Assembly: GCA_038749065.1 (NCBI GenBank)
Contig: JBCDIK010000001.1
Span: 9,506-73,505 of the forward strand
Direction: 5' to 3'
Origin: Pseudomonadota bacterium
GTDB taxonomy: Bacteria > Pseudomonadota > Gammaproteobacteria > Pseudomonadales > Azotimanducaceae
DNA: 64,000 nt
Shown here: piece after piece, positions 8,956 through 18,043 of the stretch
Numbering within the stretch: the stretch's first letter is position 1
How the letters are laid out: each line of letters starts with the position of its first letter
Made by a program: the position numbers and the translations under genes
The notes under the pieces: generated by a model
Told to the model about the DNA's origin: nothing
Databases searched by the model: none
What the model saw: the letters and a program-made list of their open reading frames with translations, nothing else

Positions 8956-9369
8956 ATGCCAGCTGCATCGACCTTGCTCGTCGTCAGCCCGATCTACGTT
9001 GCAGCGCTGGCGCTGCTCATGGTCGTGCTGTCGACGGGGGTCGCCCTGCAGCGCGGCCGCACCAACACGGCGCTCGGCGACGGCGGTGATCGACGCCTGG
9101 CGCTCGCCGTGCGGCGCTTCGGCAATCTGAGCGAGTACGCCGCCATGGCAGCGTTGCTGCTGGTGGTGATGGAGCTTGCAGGCGTGAGCAAGACCTGGCT
9201 GCACGGCTATGGGATCGCGCTCCTGGCGCTGCGGGTCCTGCATCCATTCGCGCTCTACGATCAGCCGGAAGTGCCCGGGTGGCGCAAAGCGGCTCGTTTT
9301 GTGGCGGCCGCGGGGACGGTGCTGGTGATGACGGTCGGAGCGGTGCTACTGCTGACGCGAGCGCTATAG
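8956..9369 (+). CDS. MAPEG family membrane protein
   Basis: 137 aa and multi-TM. The segment LAVRRFGNLSEY resembles the MAPEG R..GN..E motif. It starts 8 nt after the crotonase gene. Confidence 0.55.
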   Translation: MPAASTLLVVSPIYVAALALLMVVLSTGVALQRGRTNTALGDGGDRRLALAVRRFGNLSEYAAMAALLLVVMELAGVSKTWLHGYGIALLALRVLHPFALYDQPEVPGWRKAARFVAAAGTVLVMTVGAVLLLTRAL

Positions 9370-9380
9370 CAGACCCGGCG

Positions 9381-9878
9381 CTAGCGATTTCGCAACCGGC
9401 CCAGCAGCCAGATGGCCCAGCCCAGCACGGTGGTCAGCAAACCCAGGTAAACCAGGCCCATCTTCAGAGGCGTGAGCAGGGCTTTGGCGTCCACCCAATC
9501 CACGGTGTTCGTTAGCGCGAGGATCTGAACCACCCCCTCCAGCAGGTCTGTTGGCACAGCCACGGCCAGGACGGCAGCCAGGTAGGGCCCCATTCGCCCG
9601 TAGAAAGCGTAGGCAGAACCGACAAAGAGCGCTCCGTAGGCCAGCGGATACGCCACGTCCAAAGTGCCCGTAATCCATGCGTGAGTCACACGCTGCTCCG
9701 GCGTGAAGCCGGCGATCGCCTCGCGCACCTGCGATGGGTCTGACAGGGCATCGATAAACGCAATCCCCCAGTGCGCGGACGCGACAGCAAATGCGCCGGT
9801 GAGGAGGACCGTCGAAACAAACGCGATCCACAGTACGGATGGTCGAGCCAGAAATGAAACCCTCACGTTAACGCTCAT
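9381..9878 (-). CDS. hypothetical integral membrane protein
   Basis: About 165 aa from the ATG at 9878, with 4-5 hydrophobic spans. It overlaps the stop of the upstream transporter gene by 11 nt. No family was recognised. Confidence 0.4.
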   Translation of the reverse strand: MSVNVRVSFLARPSVLWIAFVSTVLLTGAFAVASAHWGIAFIDALSDPSQVREAIAGFTPEQRVTHAWITGTLDVAYPLAYGALFVGSAYAFYGRMGPYLAAVLAVAVPTDLLEGVVQILALTNTVDWVDAKALLTPLKMGLVYLGLLTTVLGWAIWLLGRLRNR

Positions 9879-11817
9879 CCCCTCGCAACGCCTGCACCGC
9901 CACCTGTAATCCGTCAGCACTGACCGCTTCCGGCGCAACCGGCGTGCCCGCACTCACAGTGATCGTGCGGAACAGCCGCCCCGGCAGCTTCAGCGGGTTG
10001 AATGCCCCGCGGTAGTGACTGAAGAAGCTCTGCCACAGTCCCTGCAGCGCGACGGGAATCACCGGCACCGGTGTCTCCCCCACGATGCGCTCGATGCCTT
10101 TTCGGAACTGCGCGATCTCGCCATCTTTCGTCAGCGCACCTTCCGGGAAAATACACAGCAGGTCGCCGGCCTCGAGCCCCTCGCGAATGTCCGCGAACGC
10201 CGCCTCGAAGGCCTCTGGGTCTTTCTTTTCGGAGGTGATCGGCACCGTTCGACAGGTTCGGAACACGAAGTTGAGCACCGGCAGATCGTAGATGGACTTC
10301 AGCATGATGAACCGCACGGGCCGTGTCACGGCACCGGCCAGCACCAGCGCGTCGACATAGCTCACATGGTTGCTGACGATGATGGCACCGCCTTCTTCGG
10401 GAATCTGCGCCAGCCCCCGACGCTTGACCTTGTACAACGTGTTCGTAAGCAGCCACACCAGAAAGCGCATGGTGAACTCGGGCACGCGCCAGAAGATGAA
10501 GCAGGTAACGGCGATGTTCATGACCGCCAGCATCAGCAGGAAGTCGGGAATGGTCATGCCGACCAGCCCGATCAGCACGACGGCGGCGAGAGACACGGTC
10601 ACCATGAACAGCGCGTTGAAGATGTTGTTGACGGCGATGATGCGCGCGCGCTGCGGCGCCGGGGTCCGTGACTGGATCAACGCGTAGAGCGGCACGATGA
10701 AGAGTCCGCCGAAAAAGCCCATGAGCCCAACGTCGAAGAGCACCCGGGTACTGCCATCCGCCGCGAGGAACGCCAGCCATTCCCGCGGCTCAAGCGCACT
10801 GGCTCCAGCAACGGCGAAGTACAGATCGATGCCGGCGATGCTCAGGCCCGCAGCGCCCACCGGAACGAGACCGATCTCAATGCGCGGCCCGCTGAGCTTT
10901 TCGCAGGCGAGAGAGCCGGCCGCCACGGCGATGGTGAAGACGCTGAGGATCAGCGTCACCACGGTGGTACCACCGTTCATGTAAACGCGCACCAGGTTCG
11001 GGATCTGCGCCAGCACTGCCGCCCCCAGCAGCCAGAACCAGGAAATGCCGAGAATGGACAGGAACACCGTGCGATCGCTCCGCGCCATCTTCAGCATGCG
11101 GCTGGTCTCGGCGAACAGGTTCCAGCCGATCTTCAGGTCGGGACTGGTGGCGGGGGTCACGGGAATGAAGCGGGCGGCGATGTAGCCGATCACGGCCACC
11201 GCGACCACGCCGATGGACAGCACCAGGGCCACATCGTCCAACGCGGCAACCACCCCACCCATCAGGGTGCCGAGCAGAATGGCGACGAAGGTACCCATCT
11301 CGATCTGCGCATTGCCACCGATCAGCTCTGATGGCGCCAGCTGCTGCGGCAGGATGGAAAACTTGAGGGGCCCGAAGAATGTCGACTGCGTGCCGAGCAG
11401 GAACAGCACCGTGAGCATGAGCGGCACACTCTCCATGAGCACAGCCGCCGCGCCGGCAATGGCCACCAGAATCTCGTAGACCTTGATGATGCGCACCAGC
11501 CGCGCTTTCTCGTACTTGTCGGCGATCTGGCCGGCGAGGGAGGAGAACAGAAAGAACGGCAGGATGAAGAGCCCGGCCGCGAGGTTGACCACGATGTCTG
11601 TGGCTTCCGCCGCGACCAGCCCGCCGTATACGAAGATCAGCGTGATCGCGCTCTTGAACAGGTTGTCGTTAAAGGCACCGAAGAACTGCGTGTAGAACAG
11701 GCCCGCAAAGCGGCGCTGCTTGAGCAGGGCAAACTGGCCCGCAGGTGCCGGGTCTGTCGCAGCAGGCGACAGGGGGGTCAGGTCAGAGGCGCCGGGCGCC
11801 GGGGCGGCTTCGCTCAT
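9868..11817 (-). CDS. MFS lysophospholipid-transporter-like domain fused to a 1-acylglycerol-3-phosphate-type acyltransferase domain (LplT/Aas-like)
   Basis: The N-terminal region of about 430 aa has roughly 12 TM spans. The C-terminal acyltransferase has the HX4D motif (SNHVSYVDALVL) and the FPEG motif (CIFPEGALT). Confidence 0.8.
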   Translation of the reverse strand: MSEAAPAPGASDLTPLSPAATDPAPAGQFALLKQRRFAGLFYTQFFGAFNDNLFKSAITLIFVYGGLVAAEATDIVVNLAAGLFILPFFLFSSLAGQIADKYEKARLVRIIKVYEILVAIAGAAAVLMESVPLMLTVLFLLGTQSTFFGPLKFSILPQQLAPSELIGGNAQIEMGTFVAILLGTLMGGVVAALDDVALVLSIGVVAVAVIGYIAARFIPVTPATSPDLKIGWNLFAETSRMLKMARSDRTVFLSILGISWFWLLGAAVLAQIPNLVRVYMNGGTTVVTLILSVFTIAVAAGSLACEKLSGPRIEIGLVPVGAAGLSIAGIDLYFAVAGASALEPREWLAFLAADGSTRVLFDVGLMGFFGGLFIVPLYALIQSRTPAPQRARIIAVNNIFNALFMVTVSLAAVVLIGLVGMTIPDFLLMLAVMNIAVTCFIFWRVPEFTMRFLVWLLTNTLYKVKRRGLAQIPEEGGAIIVSNHVSYVDALVLAGAVTRPVRFIMLKSIYDLPVLNFVFRTCRTVPITSEKKDPEAFEAAFADIREGLEAGDLLCIFPEGALTKDGEIAQFRKGIERIVGETPVPVIPVALQGLWQSFFSHYRGAFNPLKLPGRLFRTITVSAGTPVAPEAVSADGLQVAVQALRGDER

Positions 11818-11914
11818 GGCTAATGGTCTCGGTCAGTGGTGCAGGTCAGCGGCCAGCATCGTTGGAATAGCTCTTTCCTGCCAGCGCGCCTTTCAAAGTC
11901 TCGCATAACGATAC

Positions 11915-12814
11915 TCAGACGCTTGTCTCCCGGGGCGCCAGGCGGCCGAGGGTGGCACGCAGGTGCCGGCGATGGTGTCCCAGATAGTCCGTTTCGGGCC
12001 GGTGCTGGGTACTTCGGTTGTCCCAGATCACCAGCATGTCCGGTGTCCACCGCAGGCGCAGCACGAACCGCTCCGCCTGCATGTGGCCATAAAGGAACGA
12101 AAGCAGCGCATCGCTCTCCGCCGGCGCAAGGCTCGCAATGCGGGTCGTAAAGAGCGGGTTCACGTACAGGGCCGCGCGGCCGGTCTCCGGGTGCTCGAGG
12201 ACCACCGGGTGCTGCACCGGCGGATTCGCCGCGATGCTCGCTGCCAGCCGCTGTGCCCCACCGGGCTCGGCGAGGCTCTCGCGAAAGCCGAAGCGAAAAT
12301 CATGCTCGGCCGTAAGCGTGCGCAGGAACGCCTGCAGGTCCGGCGACAGGGCCTCGAAGGCCGCGGAAGTACTGAGCCAGAGCGTGTCGCCGCCCACCGG
12401 CGGCAGGATCTGCGCATGCAGCACCGTGACCGGCGGCGGGGTGGCGCTGAAGGTCATGTCCGTATGCCACTGCTCGATCTTCGAGGGCTGCTCTGGCGTG
12501 CTCTCCAGAATCTGCAGCCGGGGCGCTTCCGGCAGACTCGGATACGCCCCGTGCTCAAGAATGTCGCCGAACTGCTCCGCGAGGTCCTGGAGCGCCAGTG
12601 GCGCAATCCGCTGATCGGGCAGCAGCAGCACCTGATGCTGCGCCAGCAGCGGTCGCAACAGGTGCCCAGCATGACCCGCGGCGATCTGCGCCGGCAGCTC
12701 CGGCCAGTGCACGCGCGCGCCCAGGACTGCTGGCTCAGGTTCCACCCCGGCGCTCCCACCGAGCGCACGGATCGCGGCCACAGCCGGCGCCTGCCGGTGA
12801 TCCTGCTGTCCCAT
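11915..12814 (-). CDS. TauD/TfdA family Fe(II)/2-oxoglutarate dioxygenase
   Basis: WHTDMTFSATPPPVTVLHAQ (HxD facial-triad region), GGDTLW, and WDNRSTQHR near the C-terminus. The ATG at 12814 is preceded by GGGGAGGA. The longer track ORF to 13093 is a non-coding extension. Confidence 0.82.
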   Translation of the reverse strand: MGQQDHRQAPAVAAIRALGGSAGVEPEPAVLGARVHWPELPAQIAAGHAGHLLRPLLAQHQVLLLPDQRIAPLALQDLAEQFGDILEHGAYPSLPEAPRLQILESTPEQPSKIEQWHTDMTFSATPPPVTVLHAQILPPVGGDTLWLSTSAAFEALSPDLQAFLRTLTAEHDFRFGFRESLAEPGGAQRLAASIAANPPVQHPVVLEHPETGRAALYVNPLFTTRIASLAPAESDALLSFLYGHMQAERFVLRLRWTPDMLVIWDNRSTQHRPETDYLGHHRRHLRATLGRLAPRETSV

Positions 12815-12886
12815 TGTTGTCCTCCCCGCCGGTTCCGCTGCCGCTTGTGGCATGCTCTTACGCCCCGACGGAGCGCAGCTTACCCA

Positions 12887-13549
12887 GTGACCGCAAGCGA
12901 AGGCACCATTCATTTCGCCTACGACCTCAAAGCCCCGGCGAGCGCCGGCGCGCCCCCGGCAGACGACGAAGCGGCCCCCGATCCGGGCCTGCCCCCGCAG
13001 CTCCTCGCCTGGCAGGAGCTGCTGCAGCGGTTGACGCTGCTCGACCGTGGCCGCGACGGCAACGGGATCAGCTACCGGGAGCGGCCGAACCATGCCACCT
13101 TCGCGCTCACACCCCCCGGAGGCCAGCCCAAGCCGGGCAACGCGCCCGCCAACATCGATGCGCCGATCCGCATTTTAGGCTGCAACCTGCAGCGCTTCTG
13201 GATCGACGCGGAAGGCGTCTGTGCACCGGGCCCGGAAAGCCTCCTGCACGGGGCGATCTACGCGGCGGATCCACGAGTCCAATGGGTGATCCAGGCTCGC
13301 TGCCCGCCTCTGTGGCGCCACGCCGAGGCGCTGGGCCTGCCGAGCACAGAAGCCGGGATCAGCGCGCACTCGGCGGAGCTGATCCAAGCCCTGGGCCTGC
13401 TGGTGAGTACCCATCAGTCGCGGCCGCTGGTGCTCGCAGTGCCCGGTGACGCCGACTGTGTCTTCGCCTGCGGACCAACCGCCCGCGACACCGCCGGCCT
13501 CCTGATCAGCTACCTGGCGCGCGCGCTGACCTTCGAGCCGCAGCCGTGA
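12887..13549 (+). CDS. hypothetical protein, class II aldolase/adducin-like by motif order, translationally coupled to mtnA
   Basis: This is the 3' third of the 528-aa track ORF. The candidate start is GTG 12887 (TTG 12845 is also possible). Its stop TGA overlaps the mtnA GTG (GTGA at 13546-13549). Collinear segments are GNGISYR, FALTPPG, PESLLHGAIYAA and VIQARCP (see finding). Confidence 0.4.
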   Translation: MTASEGTIHFAYDLKAPASAGAPPADDEAAPDPGLPPQLLAWQELLQRLTLLDRGRDGNGISYRERPNHATFALTPPGGQPKPGNAPANIDAPIRILGCNLQRFWIDAEGVCAPGPESLLHGAIYAADPRVQWVIQARCPPLWRHAEALGLPSTEAGISAHSAELIQALGLLVSTHQSRPLVLAVPGDADCVFACGPTARDTAGLLISYLARALTFEPQP

Positions 13550-14547
13550 GCGTTCCGAGCGCGGTCCTCTACGATGATGCGGGCCTGCGCATCCTCGATC
13601 AGCGGCGGCTACCGCAGACCATCGTGTATCGGGAACCGCAGCGTGTTGAGGACGTCTGGGACGCCATCCAGACGCTGTCCGTCCGCGGCGCACCGGCGAT
13701 CGGCATCGCTGCGGCCTATGGCCTGGCTCTGGCCCTCGGCCCCTGGGCGACGGACGACGCGCCGTTCGCCACGCGCCTTGAGCAGGCTGCGGCCTACCTC
13801 AAGTCCGCGCGCCCCACGGCAGTGAACCTTGCCTGGGCCTGCGACCGCCTGTGTGCCCGCGGCGCGCAGGAACCCAGCTTCGCGGCACTGCTCGATGAGG
13901 CTAAGCGCATTCACGACGAGGACCGTGCCATTTGCCGCGGGATCGGTGCCCAGGGCGCAGCGCTGATCGAAGAGGGCATGGGCGTCCTTACCCACTGCAA
14001 TGCCGGTAGCCTTGCAGTTTCTGAGCTCGGCACCGCGACCGCGCCGATGTATGCGGCGCACCAGGCCGGGCGTCGCTTCAAGGTCTTCGCCGACGAGACC
14101 CGGCCGCTGTATCAGGGCGCCCGCCTGACGGCCTGGGAACTCGATCAGGCCGGGATCGATGTAGCCCTGATCTGCGACAGCAGCGCAGCGACGCACATGG
14201 CCACCGGGAAGATTCAGCTCGCGATCGTCGGCACCGATCGGGTCACCGCCAACGGCGACGTCGTCAACAAGATCGGGACCTTAAGCGTCGCGATCGCCTG
14301 CCATCACTTCGGCATCCCGTTCTACGTGGCCTGCCCGAGCAGCACCTTCGATCCACACACCGCCACCGGCGCCGATGTGCCGATCGAGGAGCGCGCCGCC
14401 GAAGAAGTGCTCGGTGATCACGCGGCGAGTATCGCGGTCAGCAACCCGGCCTTCGACGTGACGCCGGCAGCGCTGGTCAGCGGCATCATCACTGAGCACG
14501 GGATCGCCCGGGCACCGCTGGCGCAGTCGCTGCCGGAACTCACCTAG
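13546..14547 (+). CDS. mtnA: S-methyl-5-thioribose-1-phosphate isomerase
   Basis: LRILDQRRLPQ, VRGAPAIGIAAAYG, RPTAVNL, THCNAG, ADETRP..QGARLTAWEL, GTDRV.ANGD..NKIGT and AFDVTPA. These are hallmark eIF-2B-like MtnA segments across the full length. Confidence 0.9.
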   Translation: MSVPSAVLYDDAGLRILDQRRLPQTIVYREPQRVEDVWDAIQTLSVRGAPAIGIAAAYGLALALGPWATDDAPFATRLEQAAAYLKSARPTAVNLAWACDRLCARGAQEPSFAALLDEAKRIHDEDRAICRGIGAQGAALIEEGMGVLTHCNAGSLAVSELGTATAPMYAAHQAGRRFKVFADETRPLYQGARLTAWELDQAGIDVALICDSSAATHMATGKIQLAIVGTDRVTANGDVVNKIGTLSVAIACHHFGIPFYVACPSSTFDPHTATGADVPIEERAAEEVLGDHAASIAVSNPAFDVTPAALVSGIITEHGIARAPLAQSLPELT

Positions 14548-17500
14548 TTGCAGACCCCAAAGTCCTCAAGATTAACCGGCGTGGTCAGCGCCACTTTCTG
14601 CGCGCCAAGGTAGACCCGGGCAACGTCTGGCGCATCGGCCAGGGACAGACAGCTCGTCGCCCCCGGTGGCAGCGCGACCGCGAATCCGTCGACCCCGCTG
14701 CCGGACACGAAGAGCTCGAAGTCGAGCTGAGCATCGCCCGGCGTGCTGTCGAGAAGATCGTGCGATTCAATACTGAAGCCGGTCGCTGACAAGGTGACGG
14801 ACGCATCCAGAGCGCCGCGGTAGCTGTCCCAGCGCTCGCCACCTCCAACGATGCGCAGGTGCCAGTCACGTTGGGCAGTCACGCTGCAGTCCTGCCATAG
14901 ATACAGGCCCGGTTCCGCTGCGGGATCGAACACCGGAGCACCACACTGCGGCGCCACCGGCGGCGGTGTCAGCGTGCAGGGGGCCAGGTCCGACAGCCGG
15001 AACGCCCCCGTGACCGCGCGACGCGCAGCGCCCACCAGGACGGCCGTGCCCGTCGGCTGCTGGTCGAGGGACAGGCAACTGTCGGTGCCGGCGGGCAGTT
15101 CCGCACTGAAGGCATCCACACCGCTGCCGCCCACAAACAGCTCGAAGGTCGCGCCAGCGGCGTTGCTGGTAAGACGATCCCGACTCTCGAGCTGCGCGCC
15201 GGCCACGCTGATGGCCGGATCCGCCAGCAGGTCTCCACCGTAGGCGCCATAGGCCAGGCCCCCGCCGACGGCGCGGAACTGCCAACGGTCCACGGGCGCG
15301 GCGGCGCATTCCTGCCAGGCGTAGAACCCTGGCTCCGTCGCGCGATCGAACACTGGCGCACCGCACTGGGCGGGTGCCGCCAGATCATCAGCGCCGTTCA
15401 GTGGATCGGTGCCATCGGCCACCTCCTGGCCATCGGAGACGCCACCACCATCGGTATCCGTCGCAAGCGGGTCGGTGCCCAGCGCGGCTTCCTGCGCATC
15501 GGTCAGCCCGTCGCCATCGGTGTCCACGGGCAGCGTGCAAGGGCCCCCGGTATCGAGCGCAACGGTCGCGCTCGCGAGTGGCTGCCGTTGGGCACCCAGG
15601 TAGACCGGCAGCCCCGCAACCGTTTCCGGGGCGAAGCACAGAGCCCCGCTCACATCAAAATCGAAGCCATCCAGTCCCGATCCGTAGATCACCAGCTCAT
15701 ACGCGAGCGCTGCCCCGCTGTCGGTGCGCGCCACATCGTTCGCCTCGAGACTGACGCCGACCAGATTCGTCACGGCACCGCTGCCCGCGAATTGCCCGCG
15801 ATAGTCCAGCCGGGTGGGCGTCTGTCCACCGGTGACCCGCAGGGACCAGCGGCCGGTCACGCAGTCCTGCCAAAGGAAGGTGCCCCGGTCGTCACGCATG
15901 CTGAAGCTGGGCTCACCGCAGAAGCGTGCCGCAGTCAATGGCGGCGTCACCTCGATGGTCACGGTCCCCGGCGTGCTGGTGGCAAGGCCATCAAAGGCGC
16001 TGTAGCTGAAGGCGTCCGCGCCCGTGAAGCCTGGGTCGGGCGCGTAGCTCAACAGCGGTGGCGTTCCGCTTAAGCGACCGTGCGCTGGCCAGGTCGTGAC
16101 CGCGAAGGTCAGTGCATCGCCATCCGCGTCCGAGCCCGACAGTGTCAGCGCCAGTTCGCCATCCGCGCTGACGGTCACCGACCGGTCCGCAACGCTCGGT
16201 GGCGTGTTGCCAGCACCGCTGTAGGACTGGACCGCGGCCATGAGTGCGGCCATGTCGAGAATGCCGCCAGTGGTGGTGAGCGACTGCCAGGCACCGCTCG
16301 GCCGCACACTGCCGAGCAGGAGCTGGCGTAGCTCCGGGTACGTCAGAGACGGTGCCTGGGACCAGGCCAGGGCCAGGGCACCGGTCACGACGGGCGTAGA
16401 CTGGGACGTTCCCGCGAACAGCGCGTACTGCTGATCGCCGTCCGCCGCCGGTGCAAAAAACTCGGCCGGCGCGGCCAAATCGACCCCGACGCTGCCATAG
16501 CTCGAATAGCCGATGCGGGTCTCGTCCGCCGCGCTTGCGGCCACGGTCAGCACATTGTCGTGGTCGTAGGCACAGGGGTAGCAGGGAGAGGCATCAATGC
16601 TAAGCCCCTCGTTACCGGCTGCGACCACAAGCAGGTGATCACTCGCTGCCGCATCGGCGATGACATCCGCCAGGGCCTGTGAGTACACGAACACGCGCCA
16701 GCTGTGGTTTGACAGGCGCGATCCCTCGGCGATGGCGTAGAGCAGAGACTCGATGGCATCGGACACCGCACTGGCAAAGCTCAGCGTACCGCCGGTGTCC
16801 ATGAGCTCGCAGCGCCAGGCCATGCCGGTGTAGCCCAACCCGTTGTCGCCGGTTCCACAGAGCGTGCCCGCGACCGCGGTGCCGTGCCCGTGAAACAGGG
16901 TATCGGTGCGACCGTGGAGATCGTCCACGTAGCCATTGCCGTCATCATCGAGACCATTCCCGGGAATCTCGGCGGCATTGATCCAGAGGTTGTCCGCCAG
17001 ATCCTCGTGGGTTCGGCGGATGCCGGTGTCCACCACGGCTACCGGGCCAATGGCGCGCGCATCGGTGCGCTGCTCCCAGGCCTCGTAAGCGCGCACCTGG
17101 GTCAGCCACCAGGCGCCGGCTCCGGTACCCGGATCGCTCGGTACGCGCGCCGCCGGTGAGCGGCGATAGTCCGGCTCGGCATAGCGCACCGAGGGGTGGG
17201 CATTGACGGCCTCGAGCAAAGCCGGCAACGCCTGGCCCGCGGCATAACGATAGCGGTGTAGCGAGCTGCCGTCGGCACGCTCATGGAGCTGTTGCTCATG
17301 GGTCAGTCCAAGAGGGCGCAGATCACCCGGTGCGGCCACCTCAAGCGCGACCAACAGTCGCTCGGCCACCTGCGGTGCCGCGGCCATCTGTGCGAATGTC
17401 GGTCGCCGCAGCCGCTCGCCGGGGCGCGCTTGGGCCTCGAACTTGCGCCAGCCGGGACTGAGTGGCTGGGCCAGGTGGGCGCGAACCTGCGCCCGCCAGT

Positions 17501-17846
17501 AGGCGCTATCCGGGTACCGAGCCAGCGCATCGGCCAGCCAGGGGCGCTCCCCATCCGGCACGAGGCCCCGCGCCTGCGCCCAGTCGCGCAACCCCGCAGG
17601 CCCAGCGCTCGGGGCCGCGCCCGAACGGGTCGCCGACGGCGTGGCCGCCGATCGGGCGGGCGCGGTCGTTAAAGCCACTCCGGCCCCAGGTAGGGAGGCT
17701 GTGCCGGCAGGTGCAAGGATGGACTGGGTCACGGGCGCTGGCGCCGTGGTCCAGTGCCCGACCAGCAGGGCGCCGGCGCACAGCGCCAGCACAACGGCGA
17801 GTGCGGGTGCGACCCATCCTTGACCCCGGTGCCCTGTCATTCCCAT
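14544..17846 (-). CDS. secreted subtilisin-like serine protease (peptidase S8) with Ig/cadherin-like domain, thrombospondin-type-3-like Ca-binding repeats and three copies of an unassigned Cys-framed domain
   Basis: The catalytic triad is in S8 order: VAVVDTGI (Asp), HGHGTAVAG (His), GTSQSTPVVTG (Ser), plus AAGNEG. The hydrophobic N-terminus is ALAVVLALCAGALLVG. The DTDGDGLTD/DTDGGGVSD repeats and the three C-terminal repeats are described in the findings. The start is taken at ATG 17846 (17840 is also possible). Confidence 0.85.
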   Translation of the reverse strand: MGMTGHRGQGWVAPALAVVLALCAGALLVGHWTTAPAPVTQSILAPAGTASLPGAGVALTTAPARSAATPSATRSGAAPSAGPAGLRDWAQARGLVPDGERPWLADALARYPDSAYWRAQVRAHLAQPLSPGWRKFEAQARPGERLRRPTFAQMAAAPQVAERLLVALEVAAPGDLRPLGLTHEQQLHERADGSSLHRYRYAAGQALPALLEAVNAHPSVRYAEPDYRRSPAARVPSDPGTGAGAWWLTQVRAYEAWEQRTDARAIGPVAVVDTGIRRTHEDLADNLWINAAEIPGNGLDDDGNGYVDDLHGRTDTLFHGHGTAVAGTLCGTGDNGLGYTGMAWRCELMDTGGTLSFASAVSDAIESLLYAIAEGSRLSNHSWRVFVYSQALADVIADAAASDHLLVVAAGNEGLSIDASPCYPCAYDHDNVLTVAASAADETRIGYSSYGSVGVDLAAPAEFFAPAADGDQQYALFAGTSQSTPVVTGALALAWSQAPSLTYPELRQLLLGSVRPSGAWQSLTTTGGILDMAALMAAVQSYSGAGNTPPSVADRSVTVSADGELALTLSGSDADGDALTFAVTTWPAHGRLSGTPPLLSYAPDPGFTGADAFSYSAFDGLATSTPGTVTIEVTPPLTAARFCGEPSFSMRDDRGTFLWQDCVTGRWSLRVTGGQTPTRLDYRGQFAGSGAVTNLVGVSLEANDVARTDSGAALAYELVIYGSGLDGFDFDVSGALCFAPETVAGLPVYLGAQRQPLASATVALDTGGPCTLPVDTDGDGLTDAQEAALGTDPLATDTDGGGVSDGQEVADGTDPLNGADDLAAPAQCGAPVFDRATEPGFYAWQECAAAPVDRWQFRAVGGGLAYGAYGGDLLADPAISVAGAQLESRDRLTSNAAGATFELFVGGSGVDAFSAELPAGTDSCLSLDQQPTGTAVLVGAARRAVTGAFRLSDLAPCTLTPPPVAPQCGAPVFDPAAEPGLYLWQDCSVTAQRDWHLRIVGGGERWDSYRGALDASVTLSATGFSIESHDLLDSTPGDAQLDFELFVSGSGVDGFAVALPPGATSCLSLADAPDVARVYLGAQKVALTTPVNLEDFGVCN

Positions 17847-18043
17847 GGCCGCAGCTGGTGCCACTGCCGTCCCCCAAAATCGTTCGACATCAGCGTACAA
17901 CAGCGTTTGGTGCGCAGTTCGCTGGGCCTGTGGGAATCCTGTAAGTGGGCATTCAGCGCCCGTTCACCCGGAAGCGCTACTTTGGCGGGGCAAGCGCGGG
18001 ACAAGACCCAGCGCATGCGCAGTGAGCGTAGCGGAGCAGAACT

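Noticed and set aside
11963-12886. The 5' two-thirds of the 528-aa plus-strand ORF 11963-13549
   Set aside because: This part is antisense to the TauD gene and reads as Arg-rich nonsense. Only the part downstream of the tauD start (from about 12887) is intergenic-then-coding and coupled to mtnA.
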